The translations under genes were made by a program, and so were the position numbers. This document shows, in pieces, positions 21,884 through 34,989 of a stretch of DNA of 64,000 nt (positions are counted from its first letter, which is position 1; every line of letters starts with the position of its first letter). The notes under the pieces are model-generated. The model made no database searches. It saw only the letters and a program-made list of their open reading frames with translations, and had not been told where the DNA came from. Origin of the DNA: Mobula hypostoma (lineage: Eukaryota). Location of the stretch: the NCBI RefSeq assembly GCF_963921235.1, contig NC_086097.1, positions 12,338,001 through 12,402,000 on the forward strand, given 5' to 3'.

Positions 21884-23927
21884 CAGAATCAGAATCAGGT
21901 TTATTATCACTGGCATGTGACATGAAATTTGTTAACATAGCAGCAGCAGTTCAATGCAATACATAATCGAGCAGAGAAAGAGAATAATAATAAATAAAAT
22001 TAAAAAATAACAAATAAGCAAGTAAACCAATTACATATATTGAATTGAATAGATTTAAAAATCGTGCAAAGACAGGAAAACTGTGTATTAAAATTAAGTG
22101 AGGTTCAATGTCCATTTAGGAATTGGATGGTAGAGGGGAAGAAGCTGTTCCAGAATTGCTGAGTGTGTGCCTTCAGGCTTCTGTACCTCCTACTTGATGG
22201 CAACAGCGATAAAAGGGCATGCCCTGGGTGCTGGGGGTCCTTTATAGTGGACACTGCCTTTCTGAGACACTGCTCCCTAAAGATGTCCTGGGTACTTAGT
22301 AGGTTTGTACCCAAGATGGAGCCAACTAGATTTATAACCTTCTGCAACTTCTTTCGGTCCTGTGCAGTAGCTCCTCCATACCAGACAGTGGTGCAGCCTG
22401 TCAGAATGCTCTCCACAGTACAACTATAGAAGTTTTTGAGTGTATTTGTTGACATGCCAAATCTCTTCAAACTCCTAATAAAGTATAGCCGCTGTCTTGC
22501 CTTCTTTATAACTACATCGATATGTTAGATCCTCAGAGATCTTGACACCGAGGGACTTGAAGCTGCTCACTCTCTCCACTTCTGATCCCCAATGAGGATT
22601 TGTATGTGCTCCTTCGTCTTACCCTTCCTGAAGTTCGCATCAGCTCTTTCGTCTTACTGACGTTGAGTGCCAGGTTGTTGCTGCGGCACCACTCCTCTAG
22701 CTGGCATATCTCACCCCTGTACGCTCTCTCATCACCACCTGAGATTCTACCAACAATGGTTGTATCGTCAGTAAATGTATAGATGGTATTTGAACTATGC
22801 CTAACCACACAGTTATGTGTATATAGAGAGTAGAGCAGTGGGCTAAGCACACACCCTTGAGGTGTGCCAGTGTTGTTCATCAGCAAGGTGGATTTGTTAT
22901 CACCAATCCGCCCAGATTGTTGTCTTCTGGTTAGGAAGTTAAGGATCCAATTGCAGAGGGAGGTACAGAGGCCCAGGTTCTGCACCTTCTCAATTAGGAT
23001 TGTGGGAATGATGGTATTAAATGCTGAGCTATAGTCGATGAACAGCATCCTGACATAGGTGTTTGTATTGTCCAGGTGGTCTAAAGCCGTGTGGAGAGCC
23101 ATTGAGATTGCATCTGCCAATGACCTATTGTGGCGATAGGCAAACTGCTGAGGCAGGAGTTCATTCTAGTCATGACCACCCTCTCAAAGCATTTCATCAC
23201 TGTCGATGTGAATGCCATCGGGCGATAGTTAATAAGGCAGCCCACATAATTCTTCTTAAGCACTGGTATAGTTGTTGTCTTTTTGAAGCAAGTGGGAACT
23301 TGCGCCCGTAGCAGTGAGAGGTTGAAAATGTCCTTGAATACTCCCGCCAATTGGTTCACACAAGTTTTCAGAGCCTTACCAGGTACTCCATCAGGACCTT
23401 CCATCTTGTGAGGGTTCACTTTCTTTAAGAACAGCCTAACGTCAGCCTCTGAGAGACAGATCACAGGGTCATCAGGTGCAGCAGGGATCTTCACAGCTGT
23501 AGTTGTGTTCACCCTTTCAAAGCAGGCATAGAAGGCATTCAGTTCATCTGGTAATGGAGCATCACTGCCATTCATGCTATTGGGTTTTGCTTTGTAGGAG
23601 GTAACAAATGTCTTGCAGACCCTGCCAGAGTTGCCGTGCATTTGAAGTCACCTCCAACCTCGTTCAGAACTGTCTCTTCGCCCTGAAGAAACAGCTCTCT
23701 GTAAATCACACCTGGTTTTCTGGTGCAGGCCTGGATCGCCAGACTTGAATGCCACAGATCTGGCCTTCAGCAGACGACGTGCCTCCTGGTTCATCCACGG
23801 CTTTTGGTTTGGGAACGTACGTGGGCCTTCGTGGGCACACACGCATCCACACGGATTTTAATGAAGTCAGTAACAGCTGCAGCATACTCATCCAGGTTCA
23901 AAGATGAATCCCTGAATACAGTCCAGT
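21884..23927 (-). mobile_element. Rex1/Babar-like LINE, 5'-truncated, frameshifted RT
   Basis: ORFs 23648-23842, 23081-23641, 22533-23120 ([27 protein letters not shown]) and 22105-22470; (AGAATC)n tail at ~21884; same family as 5301-7145. Confidence 0.9.
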
Positions 23928-24039
23928 GAGCCGCACCACCAAGCAACCCACCAAGTTTAGGGTTCAGTTTAATGGAAGTGGCTGCTTTATGCTCAGTACA
24001 GAGTCAACAGATTGAAGAGCCTACATTTGTGTTGCATCA

Positions 24040-24917
24040 TCAGAGGTGGGAAGGTAAATGAGCTTTAACTTGCAAAGTGGTTTCTGGGAGGAATGGCTGA
24101 TGGAGATGGATAATTAAAGAAGGAATCCCTTTGGAATGTTGAAAGTGCAGAGGAAGGGTAATGATGGAAACTCATTAAAGGTGATAGAAATTGCAAAGGA
24201 TGAGTTGTTGGGTGCAGAGGCTGCAGGGGTGGACAGTAGGGACTGTGGGGATCACTACCCCTCCTGTGTCTGGGAGGAGAGTGACTGAGAGCTGCTGGAA
24301 ATATCTGAGACGTGATCAGAGGCTCAGTCAACTATGACAAAGGAAAAGTCCTCAATATCTGTGAATCAAATGGTCATGTAAATAAATGCATCACCAGAAA
24401 AACCCTCACTCCATTTGAAATATTTTCTTTATCTGATCTAACATTCCATGACCTTCCCTGCAATTTAAAACTAACCTTCGTCCTGTTGAAGGGTCTTGGC
24501 CTGAAACATCGACTGTTTATACCATTCCATAGATGCTGCCTGACCTGCTGATTAAGACTATAATGCCATAAGATGTAGGAGCAGAATTAGGTCATTCAGC
24601 CTATCGAGTCTGCTCTGCCATTCTATCTTGGCTGATTTATTATCCCTCTCAACCCCATTCTCTTGCCATCTCCTCGTAACCTTTGATGCCCTGGCTAACC
24701 AGAAACCTATCAATCTCCGCATTAAATATACCCAATGACTTGGCCTCCTCAGCCGCATCATTTTGTGTCTGTCGCTCTGGATTTCCAGCAGCTGTAGAAT
24801 CTCTTGTGTTTAAAGCTAACCTGGCGTTTTTCACTTTCCCAGTTCTGAAGAAAGGTCTTCAAACTAAAATATTTACTCTGTTTTTTCTTTCCATAGTTGC
24901 TGCCTGACCTGCTGAGC
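24040..24917. mobile_element. Penelope remnants (24040-24350 minus; pLTRs 24475-24550 and 24755-24917 plus) with an inserted CR1 3' end (24555-24752 minus)
   Basis: GTCCTGTTGAAGGGTCTTGGCCTGAAACATCGACT degenerate hammerhead; CR1 end GIFNAEIDRFL..GIKGY. Confidence 0.6.
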
Positions 24918-25465
24918 CAAAGTACATTTATTTTCAAAGTATGTACACATTATACAACCTTGAGTTTCGTCTCCTAATAGGCAGCCACGAAACAAAGAAA
25001 CCCAGAAGAGCCCATATAAAAAAAGAAGGCTGTCAAACACCCAATGAGCAGACAAAAAAAAATCATGCAAACAATAAATGCCAGCAAATAGCATTCTGAA
25101 CTGAAGTCCACAGAGAGTCCGTCCCCAGACCTTTAGTTCAGTGCAGAACTGAGCATACAATGCAGAGCATCGAGCTGAACCGGCCCATCCCTCACTATGA
25201 GCCCTGACACCCTGACCTTTCCAATTTGGCCCGGCACTTAAATCGATTGAACCTTTCTCTTGGTGATAGGCCCACTGCCTTGCCTCACCTCTGTTCTTCC
25301 ACATTCCGCCTTCAGTTCCAAGGGGAAGTTACAGACTGTTGCTTGCAATGATCACTTTCCAGAAAAAAAGAGTGATTAACAAAGTATTTAGTTGTTTTCC
25401 TTGTTCCATTGGCCACCAGCCAGAAGTTGTTGAAATTCACCAGCGCCATCTTAAACCAGAAGTCT
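24918..25465 (-). mobile_element. Apparently full-length non-coding retroposon (AAGATGGCG 5' end, TGTACTTTG 3' end)
   Basis: CGCCATCTT at 25444-25452; 3' tail shared with 28357-28441; related 5' half at ~33830-34140. Confidence 0.55.
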
Positions 25466-25740
25466 TCCCAGCATTTCCTGTTTTTAATTCAAATATCATT
25501 CAGGACTTCCCTTCAGCCAGCCTGTGCTTGGAAAAGTTTTTGAGGAGGTGCCATGGCTGATATTTGGGAAAGGATGTCTCTGTTACCTTATCGAGTTGCT
25601 CCAGGCATAGAGAAGAAGAAATGACATTTGGAATGGGTACCAAAGAGAAGGCAGCTCTCCAACAAGAGTTAGCATCCAGAAGGGAGGAGTGAAATCAACA
25701 GTTAATAGCGGAGATATACAGAAGTGTCAACAATAGAATG

Positions 25741-25980
25741 GGGAGACCTTGTAGCCTAGTGGATAGTGCGTCACTTTACAGCACCAGCGACTGGAGTTCA
25801 TTTCCCACTGCTGTCTGTAAGGAGTTCGGATATTCTCCCTGTAACTGCATGGGTTTTCCGGTTTCCTCAAACGTTCCAAAGACATACTGGTTAATAGGTT
25901 TATTGGTCACATGGGTACGGTTGGATGGTGCGGACTTGTTGGGCAAGAAGGACCTGTTACTGTGCTCTGTCTCTAAATTA
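25741..25980 (+). mobile_element. V-SINE (HE1-like)
   Basis: GTAGCCTAGTGGATAG head; GTCTGTAAGGAGTT..TTCTCCCTGT..ATGGGTTTTCC V-domain. Confidence 0.75.
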
Positions 25981-25984
25981 ACAT

Positions 25985-26306
25985 CCAAGAGGACCACATC
26001 CCTGTTGTTGGGTTTGGAGACTTGCTTGCCTCAATGATCTGGAGAGCTATGTTAGCTGGAGTTAGGGCTTTATGCTTTGGCTGTGATAGGGTCAACCTTG
26101 CCAAACAGGCCAAAGATTAGAGCCAGACTAAGAGTTGTCCACCTGTCCTCCAGGTTCGGTGGTTCAGCTCAGGGCTAACAACTCTGACTGGTAAAACAAA
26201 GCTGTTACAGAAACAGCAATGAAGAATCCTTCTATATCTGAACATGGCGAGAGATGTAGGACCTTCATTGCTGCCCTAAACACCAGTGGGGTAATGGGCA
26301 GTAAGC
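25985..26306 (+). mobile_element. Bipartite RTE (Rex3/Expander-like) non-autonomous element
   Basis: RTE 5' UTR-like TCAATGATCTGGAGAGCTATGTTAGC..GCCAAACAGG fused to an RTE-type end encoding RTFIAALNTSG. Confidence 0.6.
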
Positions 26307-26779
26307 AATCTTTAAATTAATTTAATGTATATGTGAGGCTTTCAGAAAGGAGGAAAGAAAGGCGACAGAGAAACAGAACTTGCTGTCTAAGTGCACAGGC
26401 TGTGCATTAAATGAAGTTAGAAATCTGTCTTTGTATGAGTGCATAATTTTGCTCTGCATACTTTCTGGAAGCTTAGCTGAAGCAGAGTGGTAATTATGGT
26501 AACGCACAACTGTGCAGCAGCCCGAAAGCTGTGCCAGTGAAAATGGGAATGACATATGTGGAGGCTGTCATGCACGGAGGGAAAAAATGATGCCAATCAA
26601 AGTGAGTATAGTCAAGCTAAATTAATCCACTAACTACTGCTCCTCCTACATTTTCTCCAGAGTCCAGAGAAAACAAGTTGGTGTGACAGCCACAGTGTTG
26701 TTAATCAATAATTACAGCCTCTCCTTTTGTGGTCTGGTGTGGGACTTTCCACTGGTAGACTGAAAGGCAAGGACATAAA

Positions 26780-27085
26780 TGGGTGCTTTGGTAGCATAGC
26801 AGCTGGTATGACCCTTTTACAGTTTGGGGTGGTGTTCCGGCGTTTCGAGTTCAATTCCAGCACTGTCTGTAAGGAGTTTGTACGTTCTCCCTGTAAACCG
26901 AGTGGGTGTCCTCCGGGTGCTTCAGTTTCTTCCCACAATCCAAAGGCATACCGGGTAATAGATTAATTGGTTATTATAAATTGTCCTGTGATTAGGCTAG
27001 GGTTAAATAGGTGGGTTGATGGACAGCATGACTCGTCGGGCTGGAAGGGCATGTTCCATGAATTATCTGTAAAATAAAAAATATA
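26780..27085 (+). mobile_element. V-SINE (HE1-like)
   Basis: GAGTTCAATTCC B-box-like; GGAGTTTGTACGTTCTCCCTG..CCTCCGGGTGCTTCAGTTTC V-domain. Confidence 0.8.
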
Positions 27086-27970
27086 TATAAATCTGGACTT
27101 GTGACTTTAATTGGTGCTTAACAAGCCTTAACAATACAAAATACCATTAATGCCAGATCTGTACATCAATATGCATAAACTGAAGGGAATTTTCGGAACA
27201 CAGAAGATTGTACTAATGCTAACACGCTAAATTATACCCGTTGCTGAATACTTAATGCATATGTGAGCACTTCTGTAGGGTAATTCCCCCTCTCAGAAAG
27301 AGGAAGACAGTCACAATTATAGAATGGCAGACAACTAAAGTGACAGTTACAGAAGGAGAGAGACACAACAATTATTTCTACTTTTTGTCTGTGGCCAATG
27401 TCATGGGAGATCAACTGATTAAACCGAGCTGACATGTCCCACTGATTGTCACTTTTCAGCCGGGTGTTCTGAGAACTCAAGTCTCCAGTTTCAGTAGGAA
27501 TAAATATTCCAGAGAAAATTCACAATTAAGAGGTGTTGTTCGGATGTGTTTAAAAGTTTCAGAGAAGCTAATAATTTTTTGAAGTGTCTTATTTTGGCCC
27601 ATCACACTAACCTGCCCTAATTAACTCAAAGCTTCAACAGCTGCTGGACAAGATCTCTGCTATGCTTGTTATTATCCACACATTTAAAACAGGGCAGTGG
27701 TCTAAAATTAGTCTTCAGGATATTAATAAACATATGAATAGCCTGTTTTATTGGTCTTGTATATTAACTTTATGCACTTTGATAACACGTTTTCTCTTAA
27801 AGGGTTAACATTAAAACACCGGGCTAAGGATTGCCACATGGGTATCATAAAGCATCATCCTCAAATATTGTCAAATATTAATCACTTTTTAAAATTTGTT
27901 ATTTGCTCTTTTGGGGAGGGGAACAAAAGTGAGTAGGGTATCCGATGTTTCGGTGATTTAGATGCACGGA

Positions 27971-28172
27971 CGGATGGATTGAAAAGGCAGGTGTTGGGAT
28001 CGGAGGTGATGGTCAGGCGAATGGATTGAAAAGGCAGGGTGTTGGAACAGGAGGTGATGATCGGGCCGGATGGATTGAAAAGGCAGGTGTCGGGACCAAA
28101 GGTGATGGTCAGGTGAATGGATTGAAAAGGTAGGGTGTCAGGACCAGAGGTGATGGTCGGGCCGGATGGATT
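27971..28172 (+). repeat. Minisatellite of alternating 47- and 49-bp units (96-bp higher-order dimer x2) inside a non-coding retroposon (~27935-28441)
   Basis: (G/A)ATGGATTGAAAAGG units start at 27973, 28020, 28069 and 28116, with a partial unit at 28165. Confidence 0.9.
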
Positions 28173-29425
28173 AATCAACATGAGTGATGAACTGAGGCTG
28201 AGGCTGTGGGTCTGTTCTGTCTGCTCTGCACTTCATGTTTGTGGACTCACTTTCATTCAGAATGATGATACATGCTTTTATTGTTTGCGCGATTTGTTTT
28301 TTTTCTCTCTCTGTGCATTGGGTGTTTGTTGCTCTTTTTAAAAATGGGTTTATTTTGTGGCTGCCTATAAGGAGACAAATCTCAAGGTGTACAATGTATA
28401 CATACTTCGATAATAAATGTACTTTGAACTTCTGAACTTTGGAATCATGAAAAGGAATTCTAGAATGATAAACTGCAGAAAAAGACAATGTAAGATGCTG
28501 CAGGCCTGTTTCCCTTGTTTAGTGGTGAGATAGCCAATGAAGCAACGAGGCAGCAGCATAGCCTCAGTTATAGCAAAGACTAGGCCTCAAGCCGTGGGCT
28601 TGCCTGCTGCTGCAGTCCAGGTGACATGAAGCAGGAAGCAGTGAGGCGCGGAGTCCGAGCTCGGTTAGGTGTTGGCCTCTCCCATCAGTGTTGCCCTCCA
28701 GTGTTCAATCGATGGAATGACAGGCTGGATTGCCAGAAGCTGTACCATAAATTTGCATGTCCTCAGGGACTTGGACTGCATATGTGTTTTCTTGTGTAAT
28801 GAAGTGTGTGTATGTTTTTTTCTCTCTCACTATTTTGAAGGTATGTAATGCACCTTGGCCAAAGTGGAACGCTGTCTCATTCAACTATATCCATGTATGG
28901 TTTAAATGATAATTAGCCTTGATTTCATTTGATTTGATTTAGCCTATTATTCCTATGCTGAGTCTTTGGCAAGACCATTCAATAAATCTCAATCTCTATA
29001 GTTTTGCCCATACCCCCCATAACCATGTCGTTTAATTCCCCACAAGTTTAAAATTCTATTTCAAAACTTATTGGTAAAGTCACTATTCACCATAGATTGT
29101 AACACCTCGTAGCGTGAAAGAAGGAGCAAGGATTTATGTTTAGCTATTTCAAAAGCAAGATAACATTTAAGTAGAGGTCAATTAGTTGACAGATCCAGAC
29201 TGATATATGTATATATAAATTGTCCCAGCTTAAATCACAAATGTTGAATACATTATGAGAATCAATGCATATAGAGATGGAACAGAGATAAAGACCATTT
29301 TAGGTACAGTTTCTTCCCTTCCACTATCAGATCTATGAATGGACACTACCTCACTATCTTTGCTAATCTTTGTGCACTATTTGCATACAGTACATAATTA
29401 ACAGGAATCTATATGTATACACACA

Positions 29426-30180
29426 CAGTGGATTCCAGTTAACTGCATTTTGGCCTCAATTAGCTGAAATTTCAAGGAAATAGTTAAAAAAGTACAAAGA
29501 AGACAAACTGGGTAACAAGCTATGTATTTAAGTGAAGTACAGAACAAATTAGCACACTTACCAATACTACAGAACTATAAAACTGTGTGTTCATTCTTAA
29601 TACTTATTGATGGAGCATTTCATCCATGTTATGTCCTATTACCTGTAAATGAACAAAACCAGTCCAGGCAGCTAGTGCAGATAATGGACTGCCTTCCAAC
29701 AATGCTATCAATGATTGCATCCTCCAAATCCTCATTTTCATTGTAACATTCAAGAGGATTGTTGATACCTTCAAATTCTTCGTAGTTTATACCTTGTTGA
29801 AGTAGTGAGATAGTTTCATCCTCACTCCCGGCTGTTTCCAGCATCTCCAAATGAGTGCTTGAAAATGCAGTTTTCAAAACAGTTCCGAATGGACTTGCTG
29901 CTTATTTCTCACCAACTATCCGTGTCAAAACTTGCTGCTCTTTGAACATAAACATATGCAACTGAAGCTATTTGAAAACTGTTCACTTGAAGCACGGTGT
30001 TGTGGCTAACAGCCACGGAAATGCCTGCCACTGATGCTAGTTGGAAAGTGGCAACAGTGACCCGTCCCAATTAAGCAGCATAGTGTCCCAAATAAACAAA
30101 AGGAATTGTGCCATTTTCTTGATTGGTTTTTGTTCTTTTTAGTGTTGCTCCAAGTAAGTGGTTGCCCAAATTTATATTGT
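29426..30180 (-). mobile_element. Tigger/pogo-like non-autonomous DNA transposon remnant
   Basis: CAGTGGATTCCAGTTAA terminus; subterminal CCCAATTAAGC-like motifs; acidic ORF 29629-29877 (YEEFEGINNPLECY..EDAII) resembles a pogo transposase C-terminus. Confidence 0.5.
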
Positions 30181-30185
30181 GTATG

Positions 30186-30225
<40 letters not shown>

Positions 30226-30313
30226 ATATGTATCTATACTATTCTCTTATATTTCTTACTACAATTTATAATCGCTGGAGAGAGAGAGAGAGGGGGGGGG
30301 GAGAGAGAGAGAG
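30180..30313. repeat. (TA)n and (GA)n microsatellites
   Basis: Read directly at ~30180-30221 and ~30278-30313. Confidence 0.9.
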
Positions 30314-31499
30314 CGCGCGCCTGTCTGTGATACTGAAGTGCTGGGTTATGGACAGCAGTTTGATGGAGTCTGGATCAAGGTCTCTTTGGGGGCTTTTGCT
30401 GGCAGAAGTCGGGGGGGGATTGATGCTTTTGCTGTTGCATCTGCAAAGGGTGGGGGAAGGGGTAGTTTCAGGGTTTCGATGTTTTATCATTCATTCAATG
30501 GATTCTCTTGTTTCATGGATGTCTGTGAAGAGCACAAATTTCAGGTTGTACACTGTATGAATTCTCTGTTATTAAAGGAACCTAAATCTAAACCTATTTT
30601 TTACTATATGTATAGTACTGCTGCCGTAAAGCAGCAAATTCCAAATTTCACGGCATATCCCAGTGACCACAAACCTGATTGTGACTCGGATTCTGAATGA
30701 TGGAGCAAGCACAAGAGGCTGAATGTGCATCTTCCACTTCTCCTGCTTATGTTTTCAGAATCACAGAATGGTTACAGCATGAAAGAAGGACATTTGGCTG
30801 ACTGAGTCCATATGTGATTTATACATATTCCCTAGTGCTTGAAACCTCTGTTAAAGGGCAGAGCTTCTCGGAAACCACCCACATGAGTTTAAATACCCAT
30901 CAGATCTCTTCAGAATTTTTTTTGTTGTGAGGAAAATGGCCCCAGCTTCTCAAGTCTCTCCATATAATCCAAAATCATGCGTCTCTGGAATAATTTTGAT
31001 AAATAGTTTCTGCATCCTTTCCAAATGTTCTTACATTGTTGTACCTAATATTTAACATGGTTCCATTCACATTTTATTTTCTTTCTGAGACAAGTCTACT
31101 CAAGTGCTCTTTGTTGTAGTGCATTTTGCAGATTGTTCAACCATAGAAGCACAGTAGTACTGTCACAGTGCACACTCACAGGACTGGGCCCAAGTGAGGA
31201 GGAACAGCGGACGCTCTCTGTCACCAGCTCAACCCAGGAGCAGAGGAGGGCAGGAATACAAACAAAGCATCAGAAGAATGACTGAGCAACACCATGAGAC
31301 AAATCATTCTCCGCAAACAGAACAGGATACCACCTACAGAGCACAACAAGAGTTCCCTTTAAATTATTCCTGTTCAGAATGGGCCACCAAAACCAGATGA
31401 AGATTTAATTGTGGATTGAATGAATTTTGATTACGGAAAAGGGAATGCTCCATGTTGCCTACTAAAATCAGGGGATTGCTGGGCAGCGTGGTTTGAGGA

Positions 31500-31770
31500 T
31501 GGTATGGGAGCACAACACTTTACAGGACAGGCGACCTGGGTTCAATTTCTGACCCTGACGGTAAGAAGTTTGTATGTTCTCCCCATGTTTGTGTGGATTC
31601 CGCCGGGTGCTCTGTTTTCCTCCCACAGTCCGAAGACATACCGGATGGTAGGTTAATTGGTGATTGTACATTGTCCCGTGATTAGGCTAGGGTGAAATCA
31701 GGGGATTGCTCGGCTGCGTGGCCTGAAGTGGTGGAAGGGCCTATTCCATGCTGCACTTCGATAAATAAAT
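31500..31770 (+). mobile_element. V-SINE (HE1-like)
   Basis: GGGTTCAATTTC; GCCGGGTGCTCTGTTTTCCTCCCACAGTCCGAAGAC; ATAAATAAAT tail. Confidence 0.8.
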
Positions 31771-32602
31771 GTTGGCAGTCCTTCGGGTTTGAAGAAGACA
31801 CTCGTTAAACCCATGCGTGATGGAGGTTTAAGTGGAACAGCCATTGCACAGGGGTAATCCCACTCTCTCGGCAGAAGAGACCTTGATCCAGTGGCACGGA
31901 CAACCGTTACAGCTGGAGACCTCTCCTGCTGCAGTGGATGACCAGGATGTCTAAGTGTCTTGTCGTGATCTTAGTGCTCCACAACACTTGCTGGGCCTGC
32001 CTTCTTTACTGTTGGACCATTAATTGGTCTCCTCTGCTCAATCTGCCAGGGCCAGACTTCACTAAATAAATAAATGGGTAATAACAACAGTGATGCTAAG
32101 CATAGCTGTGTTCCTTAGAGTCCAGCATGATGAAGAGCAGAGTATTATTCTATCTTTGTTTCTGCGTATGCATTACTTCCCAACCAAAGAGAACTAATGA
32201 GATCGGTAACAAATGTAGTTCATCTACCATTACAGCCTTTCCTCCAGAGTGACAAGTTACAGTACTGGGACATACAGAAAGAAATCAGACAGCAGAGGAT
32301 CTAAGAAACATGAATAAACTTCTCAGCCTCTCAAGCCTGCTCTGCATTCAAATGCATCATGACTAATCTGTGTGTGAACTTTATTTAACCGCTTCTGTTG
32401 TGTAACTCTTAATAACCTCACCGAACAAAAATATATCAATGTCAGTATTGACACTTTCAGCTGACCTAGTCTTTAACAGTAGAGAGTTACTGATTCCCAC
32501 CACACTATTAAACTTAAATATGGAATTATAACTTTAAACAGCTTTTTGTTGAATTCAGTGATTACTGCAAGGTTCTGTGTTGTATCTGGACTGTACTAAA
32601 GT

Positions 32603-32860
32603 GAGGTGGCGTGATAGTGTAGCAATGAGCAAAATGTTTTACAGTGCAGGTGACTCAGGTTCAATTCCCGCCGTTGCCTATAAGGAGATTGCTTGTCCTC
32701 TCTGTAACCGCGTCCTCCCACAGTCCAAAGATGTACCAGTTGGTAGGTTAATTGGTCATTGTAAATTATCCTGTGATTAGGCTAGGGTTAAATCGGGGGT
32801 TGCTGGGTGGTGAGGCTCAAAGGGTTTAAAGGGCCTGCGCTGTATCTCAATAAATAAAGC
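32603..32860 (+). mobile_element. V-SINE (HE1-like)
   Basis: GGTTCAATTCCC; CTCCCACAGTCCAAAGATGTACC..GGTTAATTGGTCATTGTAAATT; tail CTCAATAAATAAA. Confidence 0.8.
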
Positions 32861-34989
32861 ATTAAAAAAGATACCTTCCATAGACTGGATGCTTGATCAA
32901 TGATCTTTCATAAAGGATTCAAATCCTTTTTCAATTTTTGTGCAATAACTGTTTTGGAAAGTAGTTTGTTTCCATCCCTCTCTCCTCCCTACAAATTAAA
33001 ACAGCTTTGATATCTAACTATACCTTGCTCTGAAGAAAAGTCATCAACCTGTTCTCCTTCCTGCTTCACAGATGTTGCCTGACCTGCTGAGTATTTCCAA
33101 TGTTTACTTTATTGCCATGGAAAATGTGTTTTATAATCATGTTGGGAGGAGACACATATCTATTTTCTGTCTGTATTGTATTTTATGTTGTGTGTTTATT
33201 CTGGCTAATTTGTCATATGGGTTCAGGTGAATGAGGATAGTTACACATTCATGCTTTGCCTAAGTTCAGATTTGTCTGGCTAGAGCCAGGGAGTGACCCG
33301 AGGACGATTTTTTTTTTGGTTGACCACTACCGCTGACACTACCGCTAGATCAATATTATATCGCTTAGTATCATTATATCACTAGTTGTGGTTTTGTTAG
33401 ATTTTTATCTCTACAAGATTGTTTTTCTTTGCTGGTTTCTTAGTAAAGTATCGAACATACTCTTTCGAAACTTGGAATTTCGTTTATTGTGGATAATGTG
33501 TCATACAGTGTCAACCCCCGAGCTTAGTCTCTGAACAGTTTTGGTTTGTTTTCAAGTAGCTGCTATGATAGATTCTATTACCAATGTAGAATATATTCAT
33601 AAATTAATGTTTAGGAGCAACCTTTCCTGTAGCATCACCTGCGGAGATGGATGGGGATCTCCCCCAAGTTTTTCTTCAGTGGGGCTCTACATAATATCAG
33701 GCCAGCTACAGTTCCTGTTGTCATTGGTAGTGAAGGAATTCAAGTGGAAAAGTGCAGAGTTGAACAAGCTAATAACCCAACTGATAGTCACAACAAGATC
33801 AGGCCAAAAGTGAGCCGCCAACAGTGAGCTCCCTGCAGTTGAGAGACACCATTGTCAACCCATGCCTGGGATGGCAAGGCCTTGGCTCTGCACACTCCAA
33901 CTTTGCTCCGTTCTGCTTGCCCCAGCTTTACTTCAAATATGCCTCGATCTCACCCCGCACCCACATGCTTCGACCTTCGACTCAGCCTCGCCTTCGCTCG
34001 CCTCTCCATTGTTTGCGGTGACCATTTACCATAAACTTTACAAGAAAAAGTATTATTAATGAAATATTTAATTGGATGCTTAGTTTTGCTTGCCGCCAGT
34101 AAGTAATTGCTGGACTTCCCTTGCGTCATCTTAAACTGGAATCGCCATTCCTCCATTGAATTCAATGCTCTCCAGCAACTCCTGCGATGCCGCTGGTACT
34201 GAACTGTATGGATCTCTGCTTTTACTTTAGATTCTTCAGCTGTGTAGAGGTAGAGCGTGTTGCATGAGCAACAGCTTGTTCTACATATACTACTGCTCTG
34301 GCTTGTCACACAACATCCATGGTCGGCCCCGACCTATGGAGGACTTCTTATAATATCACCCCTCATCCTTCTGTGCTCCAGTCAATATCCTTCCATGGGA
34401 ATTTACTCATCTCATCACAGGAGAAAGTGGATGGTATTATGGAGATCAAGAGGGGCATAGAAAGGGTGAATGTGATAGTTTCTCCCCAGGGTGGCGGAAC
34501 TGAGAGGTCAAGCATATAGGTTCGAGGTGAAAAGGAAGAGATTTAGTAGAAAACTGTAGGCAACTTTTTCAGAGTGTATGGATTGAGCTGCCAGTGGAAG
34601 TGGTTGAGGCAGGTATATTACTGATATTTAAAAAGCACTTGTACTTGTACGTGGAGAGGAAAGGTTGAAAGGGATATGGGCCAAATAAGAGTAGCCCAGA
34701 TAGGAATAGGGTCTTGTTCTTGCTCTGTAGGACTCCACGAATTCATGTCTGTACAGATATTGTAACAGAAGAGCTGTGGATGGTGGTAAACCCAAGTGCA
34801 GAGGAAGGTCTAGAATTAACTCTGACTCAGACCGGAAATGAACAAGACAACACAAACAAAATCCGAACGAGAAACCACAAACTGTAGTACTAGAAATGGA
34901 ACTCTTGTGATTGAGCACTGAGTGCTCAGCACGAGGCATTTAAGTACAAACTTTCCATGAAGGAATATGGCAGGCAATATTTGGCAGTC

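Noticed and set aside
27971..28172. CRISPR-like repeat-spacer appearance
   Set aside because: The inter-repeat segments are homologous to each other, there are no cas genes and the context is eukaryotic.
31160..31400. Possible solo LTRs here and at ~34761-34990
   Set aside because: TGT start and LTR-like composition only; no confident CA end, TSD or second copy.
34912..34928. Perfect short palindrome TGAGCACT-G-AGTGCTCA
   Set aside because: An isolated 8-bp stem is expected by chance in 64 kb and has no supporting context.
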